Shown here: positions 1-7,888 of the stretch, in pieces
How positions within the stretch are numbered: position 1 is the stretch's first letter
How the letters are laid out: each line of letters starts with the position of its first letter
Source of the DNA: Bacteroidales bacterium
GTDB lineage: Bacteria; Bacteroidota; Bacteroidia; Bacteroidales; WCHB1-69
NCBI GenBank assembly: GCA_017551725.1
Contig: JAFZKY010000021.1
Span: forward strand, 2,547 to 66,546
Length of the DNA stretch: 64,000 nt
Direction of reading: 5' to 3'
Translations under genes and position numbers: made by a program
Notes under the pieces: generated by a model
The model's database searches: none
What the model saw: the letters and a program-made list of their open reading frames with translations, nothing else
What the model was told of the DNA's origin: nothing

Positions 1-222
1 GGTGGGTATCCGTGTTCATCCGTATAATTCACCACCAGTTCATCCACATACGGGCGGTAGGGTTCCATGATGTCATCGGCCAGACAATAGGCGTTGTAGC
101 GGTTGTGATGATGGATGCCCAGCGTGGGAAGCAACCCCGAAGCCACTAACGAACGGGCTATCACTGCCCGCAAGATGGCATAGCCGTAGTTGAGCAGGTT
201 GTTGGGCGCAACGCCATCCCGG
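1..222 (-). pseudogene. cas1: Type II CRISPR-associated Cas1, 5'-truncated fragment (continues off the left edge)
   Basis: Manual minus-strand translation gives RDGVAPNNLLNYGYAILRAVIARSLVASGLLPTLGIHHHNRYNAYCLADDIMEPYRP, the N..LNYGY..LR / GIHH / LADD.MEP.RP core of Bacteroidota type II Cas1. Similarity stops upstream of ~222 and the N-terminal half is absent. Not in the ORF track. Confidence 0.88.
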
Positions 223-310
223 TAAAGTGACAGTAAATGGAAAGCCCAGTGACGATACTTGGGGCGATGAATTAAAAAGTATAGAACAACAATCGGGGCT
301 GGTTTTCTAA
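218..310 (+). pseudogene. hicA: HicA-family toxin, C-terminal fragment
   Basis: Manual translation PGKVTVNGKPSDDTWGDELKSIEQQSGLVF* matches the C-terminal half of Bacteroidota HicA. In-frame TGA at 191 and no HicA N-terminus. Lies directly upstream of a HicB-like gene. Confidence 0.75.
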
Positions 311-329
311 CCTCAAAAAAATATTTTGT

Positions 330-737
330 ATGGAGGAAGTTGTCATTTCAACATCGAGAACCGAAAGAGGATTCAGTGCCAGCTGTGAGCTTCTGCCCGG
401 GTGGGTGGTGGCCTATACCGGCAATTTTTCAGGTTTTGTGGAATATGTAAAGGAGAGTGTTGATTTTTATGTGGAGTGCGCCCGAAATGATGGAGAGGAA
501 TATCCTGCTGTGTTCGATGGAGACTATAAATTGTTGTTCAAGATGAACATTCAGAGCTTGTTATACTGCTACGACAAAATCCTGACCCGTGCGGCACTAT
601 CGCGTCTTACGGGTATTAACGAGCGGCAACTCGGACATTATATTTGTGGCAGGAGCAAGCCGCGCAGTGCTCAAAGCGGCAAAATCGTTCGCGCTTTGCA
701 CTCGCTTGGCCAGGAACTGCAATCTGTTTGCGTTTGA
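330..737 (+). CDS. hicB: HicB-like antitoxin with C-terminal HTH
   Basis: 135 aa. N-terminal partial RNase H-like region (GFSASCELLPG...ESVDFY) followed by an Xre-type HTH (ALSRLTGINERQLGHYICGRSKPR). Follows the hicA fragment. Confidence 0.8.
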   Translation: MEEVVISTSRTERGFSASCELLPGWVVAYTGNFSGFVEYVKESVDFYVECARNDGEEYPAVFDGDYKLLFKMNIQSLLYCYDKILTRAALSRLTGINERQLGHYICGRSKPRSAQSGKIVRALHSLGQELQSVCV

Positions 738-801
738 TTTTCAACAACCGAAGTGCCTGAAGGCACATGTTGTCTCAATCGGCCGGAATTGTCTCGGCCC
801 A

Positions 802-2085
802 TTAGAACAACGCGCTCACCTTCTCGATGATAGTGTCGGAGGGTAGGTCCGGCGTGAGGACGAGGTCGGGCTCCTTGAACACGAAACCCTTGCTCATGGC
901 AGTGAGTGAGCCGCCGCCGGTGCAGTTGAGCATGATGTACTCTTCTTTTTTCACCACCCCTTCCTTGACAGCCTGGGCCAGTGCGCTCACGGCCACGCAG
1001 GCGGCGGGCAGGAGGTCGTAGCCCTCCAGGTTCCGGAACTGCATCATCCAGTACATGATGTCGTTGTTGTCGGCCAGGAAGGCATCGCCGTGGCTGTCGT
1101 TCAGCGTGTCGAAGAGGCCGCCGGCGAGACTGTAGGGCGGCTTGCGGTTGGAGAGCACCTTGGCGAGGATGATCTCGGCCTGTCGGCGTCCATCCTCGGC
1201 GGGCAGGTCGGGCAGGGCGCGGGAATGGGCTTTCCAAGCGTCGTAAATCAGGGTGAAGGGTTTGTTCTGGGCCACATACACACGCATGTTGTTCTCGCCG
1301 AAACGACCGTCGGCGGCCAGCCGGCAGGCGTTCTCCCAGGCGGCGATGGCGCCCGTGCCGGAACCTACGGCCTGGAAATAGGCGTCGGGGATGCGTCCCA
1401 TCTTCTCCACACAGCTGAGGACCGTGGTGCCCATGCCGTCGCGGCGCGCCACGTTCTTGGCTCCGCCTTCCAGGAAATAACGATGGTCTTCCGCCAGCTT
1501 CTCGCCCAGCGTGATGGCATCATAGTAGTCGTAGCCATGGGGCACGGCGATGAGCTTCACGCATTTGTGCAGGGGCTTGCTGAACCAGAGGTCGTGGAGG
1601 TTGTCCACAGGCACGCAAATCACGATGGGAATGCGGTTGTCGGAGCACACCTGCGCGAAGGCGCGGGCCGTGTTGCCGGCCGACTGCACCACCAGTATGC
1701 GGTTCTCGTTACGGGGAATGCGGGCCAGCACCGAGAAGGCTTCCGTCTCCTTGAAGGAGCAGGTGCGCATCTTGGCCCCGATCTTCGGACACCAGCCGGA
1801 GAAAGTGATGTAGAGGTTGTCCAGCCCCAGATGCTTGGCCAGCCCTTTGGACTTGTAGGAGACAGGGGCGCAGGAATTTTTCAGCGTGCGGTTGATGGGC
1901 ATCCAGTCGGCGTAGCGGTAGATGCCGTCCAGTTCCTCACGGGGGGTGAACTGGGTGTTCGCATATACGGCGCGTATCAGTGAAGGTGTTTTGCCTTCGG
2001 GGTCGCCTAATGTCCAACCCTTGTCTTCAAAAACACGTCCGGTTTCTACATTTGTAAGCTGGTATTTGGTGGGTTTGAATCGCAT
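802..2085 (-). CDS. Cysteate synthase (threonine synthase-like, PLP fold II), CapA-like
   Basis: TCSFKETEA PLP-lysine motif, SAGNTARAF, EGGAKNVARRDGMGT, YFQAVGSGTG and LSNRKPPY motifs typical of cysteate synthases. Last gene of the operon containing the SulA-like gene. Confidence 0.88.
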   Translation of the reverse strand: MRFKPTKYQLTNVETGRVFEDKGWTLGDPEGKTPSLIRAVYANTQFTPREELDGIYRYADWMPINRTLKNSCAPVSYKSKGLAKHLGLDNLYITFSGWCPKIGAKMRTCSFKETEAFSVLARIPRNENRILVVQSAGNTARAFAQVCSDNRIPIVICVPVDNLHDLWFSKPLHKCVKLIAVPHGYDYYDAITLGEKLAEDHRYFLEGGAKNVARRDGMGTTVLSCVEKMGRIPDAYFQAVGSGTGAIAAWENACRLAADGRFGENNMRVYVAQNKPFTLIYDAWKAHSRALPDLPAEDGRRQAEIILAKVLSNRKPPYSLAGGLFDTLNDSHGDAFLADNNDIMYWMMQFRNLEGYDLLPAACVAVSALAQAVKEGVVKKEEYIMLNCTGGGSLTAMSKGFVFKEPDLVLTPDLPSDTIIEKVSALF

Positions 2086-2118
2086 AATGGTGTTTTTTAA
2101 GGTGATAAAATGTTTTGA

Positions 2119-3948
2119 TTATTGATTTTTTTCTGAAACAGGTGAGGATTGTGCGTCGAGAATCTCGGCGATGTCGCGCACAGGCCGGTCGGCGTAGCGG
2201 CTGAAGGTGGCCATGCACAGCGGACAGGCGGTGGCGATGGCGTCGGCGCGACTGGTGTAGAGGTTCTCTAAGGCGGCACGCGTCATCTCCTCGCGTTGTG
2301 CGAAGCTGAGGGTGAGGGAGCCCAACGACCCGCCGCAGCAGATGCTCTCCGCGCGGTTCTTCTCGGCTTCCGCAATGCCCGCCGACTTGCCGATGAGCTT
2401 CCTCGGCTCGTCGTAGATGCCGCATCCGCGTCCCAACTCGCAGGGGTCATGGAACACGTAGCAGAGGTCGCTCTTTTCCAGATGCAGTTTTTCCTGTTGT
2501 AATAATTCGTTGAAATATTGGCTGTAATGCACCACACGGATACCCTTGAGCTGGTATTCCTCTTTGAACATCTTGTAGCAGATGGGACAGCTCACCAGCA
2601 GGGTGTCGGCGCCGCTGCCCAATATGATTTCCTCGTTTTTGTGTACGATTTCCTTGGCCGCCTCGAAACGTCCGGCTGTCAGCATGGGCCGTCCGCAGCA
2701 GAGGCCGCCTTCACGGTCCATCCACACGTAGTCCACGTCCGCTTTCTTGAGGATGGACTCCACGCTCTGTCCAATGGCGGGGGTGAGTTGGCTCATGCAA
2801 CCGCTGAAATAGAGCACCTTGGCGCCGGAAGAGGCTTCCACCATAGGTTGTACGTCGATGTTCGAGTAGTCGGGCGACAGGTTGTAGTGTCGGCGCGAGC
2901 GCTCTATGATGCGCAATTGAGGGCCTTCCACCTGCACTTGGCACACGGTGTGGCATTTGCCGCAGAGGAGGCATTTGTCGGAAATCTCCTCAATGCGTTT
3001 TTCGTTGCCTCTCCGCATCTGGCGGGTGAGATAGACGGTGCAGTCTTTAAGGTTGCCTCGGTTGACGCTCATCGGGCAGGCATCGATGCAGACGCCGCAG
3101 TTGGGACAGCTATATACCTGCAGTTTGGCGAACCCTTTGCGCGAATCGCGAATTTTGATTCCGGCGTTGCGCAGCGGTATCAGCATCATCTCCGCGGGGA
3201 TGTGCATGTAGCGCGTGAAGGGCAGCACGCACATGAAGACGCAGAGGGCGATGGAGTAGGCCCACCACGTGGGGAGCATGTTGAGGTCGTTGCCGAGGAA
3301 CTGCCGGAACAGCCAGTTGGCGGGAATCGTCAGGAAGGAGCCGCCGCTGATGTGGGCGGTGAAACTCTCGGCCAGCAGACGCAACGGGAAGATGGCCCAC
3401 AACGCATACAGACCGATCTGGTTCAGCAGGGAGGGACGTGCCGTGCGCCTCATGCCGAAGAAACGGGAGTGTACCCGCTTGATCATGGCCAGCACGATGC
3501 CGCTGAGCACAACCAGCAGGAAGAAATCCATGAGGAACATGAGCAAGGCACCCTGTATCGTCACATCCCCGACTTCCGCCACAAAATAGTTGAAGAAAAT
3601 GGGGTAGTAAAACATGTGGATGCGCTCGGGCACGAAAAGGAATACTTCGAGATGGCCGAGCACAATGAGCATGAACCAACCGAAGGCGATGCTCGAGTGC
3701 ATGTAGCCTAACAGCTTGTTGCGTTTCCAGAGTTTGACGTGGATAAGACAGTCCTTGAGGATGTCCCAGCAGTTCTTGACGATGATTTTGGGGTTGATGA
3801 GCGAAAGCAGGAACTTGCGCAGATCCTTTTTAGGCAGTTGCCATAATATACGTACCATCCCGAAGAGGCAGTATGACAGCACGAAGACCATTCCGAAGAG
3901 GAAGGGCAGTACAAACGGGTGGAAGCCGGAAGGTATTCTATCGATCAT
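2119..3948 (-). CDS. Membrane-anchored Fe-S oxidoreductase (HdrE/NarI-like TM domain + 2x[4Fe-4S] + two CCG domains; HdrED-like fusion)
   Basis: About 6 hydrophobic helices with histidines in the N-terminal ~250 aa. CPNCGVCIDACP and CLLCGKCHTVCQ ferredoxin motifs. CCG domains GC...CCGRP...CPIC and HDPC...CCGG...CPLC. Confidence 0.85.
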   Translation of the reverse strand: MIDRIPSGFHPFVLPFLFGMVFVLSYCLFGMVRILWQLPKKDLRKFLLSLINPKIIVKNCWDILKDCLIHVKLWKRNKLLGYMHSSIAFGWFMLIVLGHLEVFLFVPERIHMFYYPIFFNYFVAEVGDVTIQGALLMFLMDFFLLVVLSGIVLAMIKRVHSRFFGMRRTARPSLLNQIGLYALWAIFPLRLLAESFTAHISGGSFLTIPANWLFRQFLGNDLNMLPTWWAYSIALCVFMCVLPFTRYMHIPAEMMLIPLRNAGIKIRDSRKGFAKLQVYSCPNCGVCIDACPMSVNRGNLKDCTVYLTRQMRRGNEKRIEEISDKCLLCGKCHTVCQVQVEGPQLRIIERSRRHYNLSPDYSNIDVQPMVEASSGAKVLYFSGCMSQLTPAIGQSVESILKKADVDYVWMDREGGLCCGRPMLTAGRFEAAKEIVHKNEEIILGSGADTLLVSCPICYKMFKEEYQLKGIRVVHYSQYFNELLQQEKLHLEKSDLCYVFHDPCELGRGCGIYDEPRKLIGKSAGIAEAEKNRAESICCGGSLGSLTLSFAQREEMTRAALENLYTSRADAIATACPLCMATFSRYADRPVRDIAEILDAQSSPVSEKNQ

Positions 3949-4258
3949 AAATTCTGTAAAGGGTCAAAATTAGGTGACGTGTGTTGATTCCGCGAGGGCA
4001 CACCATGGTGCATTTGCCGCAGAGCATACAGTTGGATAACATGGGGCGCACATCCTGGTCGCGCTGGATGGCAAGGATGACCTTGCGCAGGCTCATGCCG
4101 CTGAACGGGGCGGCAGTGCAGCTCGCGCTGCAGGAACCGCAGCTCATGCAAATGCGGGCGTCGGGCTCCATCTCGCATAGTTTGCGGAACAGGGTGGTGT
4201 CCACCGTGTCGAGATTGATGGTGGAACTTTTGCTGAGGGAGAATCCAAAATCCATCAT
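3938..4258 (-). CDS. 4Fe-4S dicluster protein (HdrC-like)
   Basis: CMSCGSCSASC and CMLCGKCTMVCPRGI motifs. Overlaps both neighbours, suggesting translational coupling. Confidence 0.85.
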   Translation of the reverse strand: MMDFGFSLSKSSTINLDTVDTTLFRKLCEMEPDARICMSCGSCSASCTAAPFSGMSLRKVILAIQRDQDVRPMLSNCMLCGKCTMVCPRGINTRHLILTLYRIYDR

Positions 4259-5268
4259 GCTTTGGTAAGATAACGGTGAATACTCAGTACGGCGGCGCGG
4301 GCCTCAGCCACGGTCTCCGGCACGGTCTTGGTGCCCGTGCAGGCGCCGGCGTAGAAGATGCCCGGACGGTTCGACTCCATGATGGAATACACGTTGTCGC
4401 GGCTCTTGAGGAAGCCGTCGTCGTCAATGTCGAGGCCGACCATGTTGGCCAGCTCGTTGGTGCGCGGGTTGCACACCATGCCCGACATGAGCACGAGCAG
4501 GTCGAGGGTGACCTTCAGCGGCTTGCCGGTGAGCGTGTCCTCCGCCTTCACTTGCAGGCGGTTGTCGATGGTCTCGCCCACCTCCGACACGCGGCCACGG
4601 ATGAAATGTACACCGAAGTCCCGCTGCGCGTTGATGTAGAAGTCCTCGTATTTTTTGCCGAACAGACGCAGGTCCATATAGAAACAATAAACCTCCGTGT
4701 CGGGGAATATCTCCTTGACCTCGATGGCCTGTTTGATGGCGGTCGTGCAGCACACCTTGGAGCATTGGCTGTTGCCGGCCTTCAGGTCGCGCGAACCAAC
4801 GCAGTGTACGAAGCCCACCGCCTTGGGGTGCTCGGGTATGCGCGCGTCGGCACGCTTGTTGAACCAGGCCTCCAGGTCCGCATTGGTGATGACGTGGTCA
4901 TAGACGCCGTAGCCGTACTCCTCTTTCTTGGCCGCATCAAACAGATGGAAGCCGGAGGCAATGAGGATGGCCTTGGCCACAATGTTGACCCCGTTGTTCA
5001 AAATAACGTTGTAACTGTCACCCAAGGCATTGAGGGAGTTTACCTTGGTTTCCAGAAACACGTTGGCATCCTTGATTTGGTTGGAAAGGTCGTTGAGCAG
5101 CTCGTGTGAGGAGGTCATGTCGGGGAACAGCTTGTGCCATTGGAACACATGGCCGCCGAGATGGTCTTCCTGTTCGATGATGATGGGGTTGTAGCCGAGT
5201 ACGAGGAGTTGCTTGGCCGCCTCCATACCCGCTATTCCGCCACCGATGATTACGATGTTTTCTTTCAT
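4255..5268 (-). CDS. Short heterodisulfide reductase subunit A-like flavoprotein
   Basis: IIGGGIAG FAD-binding motif, EEYGYG, HCVGSRD...CSKVCC cluster motif, FYMDLR and FIRGRVSE of HdrA. Only 337 aa, with no inserted or terminal ferredoxin domains. Confidence 0.88.
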   Translation of the reverse strand: MKENIVIIGGGIAGMEAAKQLLVLGYNPIIIEQEDHLGGHVFQWHKLFPDMTSSHELLNDLSNQIKDANVFLETKVNSLNALGDSYNVILNNGVNIVAKAILIASGFHLFDAAKKEEYGYGVYDHVITNADLEAWFNKRADARIPEHPKAVGFVHCVGSRDLKAGNSQCSKVCCTTAIKQAIEVKEIFPDTEVYCFYMDLRLFGKKYEDFYINAQRDFGVHFIRGRVSEVGETIDNRLQVKAEDTLTGKPLKVTLDLLVLMSGMVCNPRTNELANMVGLDIDDDGFLKSRDNVYSIMESNRPGIFYAGACTGTKTVPETVAEARAAVLSIHRYLTKA

Positions 5269-5272
5269 ATTG

Positions 5273-6343
5273 CTAACAACATTTTATAGATTTGGGAAGT
5301 TCCGGTCGCATAATGTCTTCTTTGTTCAAGCCCAAATATTTGGCTTTTGGGTCGTATTCTACGCCGATTTTGTCTAAGAGAGGTTCCACGGCCACCTGAT
5401 GCAGTTGCAGACCGAGGTCCCAAGGATCATAGCCGAGGATAATGCCGGCCAGTTCCTCGTATGTCAACACGGGGATTCCGTAGCCGTCTTTGCCGTAGGT
5501 CTTGCCCGTCTGCTCGGCGATGACGTATTGCCAGCGGTCGAGGAAGTAGGGGCATCCGGGGCAGTTGGTGATGATGGCATCGGGGTGGAAGGGCTCCATG
5601 GATTCGAATTTCTTCCAGGTGTTGGAAACGCTGTAGCTACGGTTGGCCTTCACGTGGTACTGACGGAATCCGTAGCCGCAGCAGTGGCGCCGCTCTGGGT
5701 AGTCCACCACCTGTCCGCCCCAGCTCTCGATCATGCCGGCCAGCACGTAGGGATACTCCGCACCGCCCACGCCCTTGCTGGGGAACATCTTCGCATAGTG
5801 GCAGCCGATGTGCTCCACGATCTTCAGAGGCTCGCCCGTCTCCTTGTTGACGAGATGGTGTTTGGCCTTGGCGGCAATGGCATTGCGCCAATGGTAGATG
5901 AGGTCGCTGGTGTGTGCCAGATATTTGGGTTTGTTGAACTCCCGTTTGCAGGCTTTCCACAGGTTCTCGCGGATCTTGGCCTCCAGCTCGGGAAACTCGT
6001 GCCAGGTTTCCAAAATCTCGCAATAGTTGCCGAAGGAGGTGATGCAGCTGGGCACGTAGTTCTCGTAGCCGGCCTCCGTCATCAGGGCGAACTGCCGCGC
6101 CACGATGGTCATGACCGTCTCCTGGGGGATGGTGTCGCAGTGGTAGGCGATACCCCCGCAGGTAGTGTGGTGCGGCGTTTCGTAGATGTCCTTGCCCAAC
6201 ACTTTCCGTGTGATTTCCGTGAACATCTTCTCACTGGCGGGGAAGAAATTCTGCCGGATGCAGCTGCGCACGTAGTACCAGTGGTCATCGGGGATTTCCT
6301 TCTGGTAGTCGCTCCATATCTTTTGTTTACCTTCTGTAATCAT
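5273..6343 (-). CDS. Heterodisulfide reductase subunit B-like (CCG domain) protein
   Basis: HIGCHY, RRHCCGYG, NCPGC and IPVLTYEELAG motifs. First CCG domain is divergent (TTCGG...SCITS). Confidence 0.88.
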   Translation of the reverse strand: MITEGKQKIWSDYQKEIPDDHWYYVRSCIRQNFFPASEKMFTEITRKVLGKDIYETPHHTTCGGIAYHCDTIPQETVMTIVARQFALMTEAGYENYVPSCITSFGNYCEILETWHEFPELEAKIRENLWKACKREFNKPKYLAHTSDLIYHWRNAIAAKAKHHLVNKETGEPLKIVEHIGCHYAKMFPSKGVGGAEYPYVLAGMIESWGGQVVDYPERRHCCGYGFRQYHVKANRSYSVSNTWKKFESMEPFHPDAIITNCPGCPYFLDRWQYVIAEQTGKTYGKDGYGIPVLTYEELAGIILGYDPWDLGLQLHQVAVEPLLDKIGVEYDPKAKYLGLNKEDIMRPELPKSIKCC

Positions 6344-6349
6344 AACGGA

Positions 6350-7063
6350 TTAATGGTTAAAATGTTTGTCCGAGCAGTACTCGAACGCCTGTCTTTCGTA
6401 TTCTTCAATATCCATGCCCATCTCTTCGGCCTTGGCTTTGGAGTACTCCTCCACGATGCGGATGCGTTCGGTGCCGCCAGTCACGTCGAAGATGGCCTTG
6501 AGTTCGTCGAGCGACTCCTGCGGTATCTTCCGCAGAATGCCGGGCCCGTCGCCCATGTAGTTGGCACCCTGGCGTGCGAGGCTCTGCTCGAGATGCTCGG
6601 TATGCCATTTCCAGACGGGGCCGGATTCCTTATGGTCTTCCCATTTGAACGATTTGGGATGGACGCAGTAGCCGTAGTTGAGGATGTTGCCCGTCATGAT
6701 GTGAGTGAGGGGCAGCAGCTGGCGGCCCTTCTCCGATTCGGTGAAGTAGCCGAGGCGTGCGCTGAGGTCGCGCAGGGCGATGATGACGAGGCCGGGGCCG
6801 TTCTTGCGCGGGCAGCGCGTCACACAGCTCATGCACTCGCCGCAGTACCAGATGGTGTCCGACTTCAGCAGCTCCTCAATCTGCTTGTCGTCGCGCGTCT
6901 GCACGATGCTGACGATTTTCCGGGGATCGTATTTGTAGAACTCTGCTGCAGGGCACACCGCCGTGCAGGTCCCGCAGTTGATGCAGGTGTGGAATCCCTC
7001 TTTGAAACGGTAGTCCTTGCAGAGTTCCTCGAACAAGTTCTTGGGTTTGTTGTCGTTGTTCAT
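6350..7063 (-). CDS. Heterodisulfide reductase subunit C-like Fe-S protein
   Basis: CINCGTCTAVCP and IWYCGECMSCVTRCP motifs, immediately upstream of the HdrB-like gene. Confidence 0.88.
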   Translation of the reverse strand: MNNDNKPKNLFEELCKDYRFKEGFHTCINCGTCTAVCPAAEFYKYDPRKIVSIVQTRDDKQIEELLKSDTIWYCGECMSCVTRCPRKNGPGLVIIALRDLSARLGYFTESEKGRQLLPLTHIMTGNILNYGYCVHPKSFKWEDHKESGPVWKWHTEHLEQSLARQGANYMGDGPGILRKIPQESLDELKAIFDVTGGTERIRIVEEYSKAKAEEMGMDIEEYERQAFEYCSDKHFNH

Positions 7064-7861
7064 TTACATGGGTTTTATTCGTTTGGCGATTTTGGCACAA
7101 AGGCCCGGAAAGAAACGTTTAACATAGACCATGATGAGTTCCTTGCGCCCCACGAGCACCTCGCGTTTGCTCTTGTCGATGGCCTTCTGGATTATTTTCG
7201 CGGCCTGGTCGGGGGAAAGGCCTCCGCCTTGGCCGGGATCCATCTTGCCGTGCGGCTGACCGCCCTTGTCCAAGGCATGGAGCGAGATGTTGGTTCTCAC
7301 TCTGCCCGGGCATACGATGGTGACATGGATGTTGCGGTCCGAATATTCGGCTTGCAGTGTCTCGAAGAAGCCGTAGAGGGCGTGCTTGGAGGAACAGTAC
7401 CCGCAGCGCAACGGGAATCCGAACTTTCCGGCGATGGAGGTGGTCACGGCGATGTGGCCGCCGCCCGCCGCCAGCATTTTCGGCAGCACGGCCTTGGCGA
7501 TGGCTACTGGTGCGAAGTAGTTGATTTCCATGAGCTTGCGAATCATCCCCATGGATGTGTCTTCCACCGTGGTGCGCTGGCTGATGCCGGCGTTGCAGTA
7601 GAGAATATCGATGCGGTTGAACGCACTCCAGGCCTCTTCAGCCAACGCCTCGATGCCGTCCGGATGCTGCAAATCGTAGGGCAGGGCGTGGACTTTCGCG
7701 CCAAGGTCACGGCATTTGGCCACCACCGGCTCCAGCTCTTCCGCTGTCAAGGCCGTCAGGACCAGGGAGGCGTGCTCCGCGGCATAGCGGTAGGCACACG
7801 CCTCTCCGATGCCGGAGGAACCACCCGTGATCCAGATTACTTGTCCGTTTCGATCTGTCAT
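7064..7861 (-). CDS. SDR-family oxidoreductase, probable 3-dehydrocapnine reductase (CapC-like)
   Basis: ITGGSSGIG, NAGISQR and YCSSK SDR motifs. Directly downstream of the SulA-like gene. The specific function is inferred from context. Confidence 0.75.
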   Translation of the reverse strand: MTDRNGQVIWITGGSSGIGEACAYRYAAEHASLVLTALTAEELEPVVAKCRDLGAKVHALPYDLQHPDGIEALAEEAWSAFNRIDILYCNAGISQRTTVEDTSMGMIRKLMEINYFAPVAIAKAVLPKMLAAGGGHIAVTTSIAGKFGFPLRCGYCSSKHALYGFFETLQAEYSDRNIHVTIVCPGRVRTNISLHALDKGGQPHGKMDPGQGGGLSPDQAAKIIQKAIDKSKREVLVGRKELIMVYVKRFFPGLCAKIAKRIKPM

Positions 7862-7888
7862 GATGTCGGTTTGTGTTGTATAATGCCG

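Noticed and set aside
802-2085. Annotation as threonine synthase
   Set aside because: No thr operon context, and the motifs (EGGAKNVARRDG, LSNRKPPY) fit cysteate synthase.
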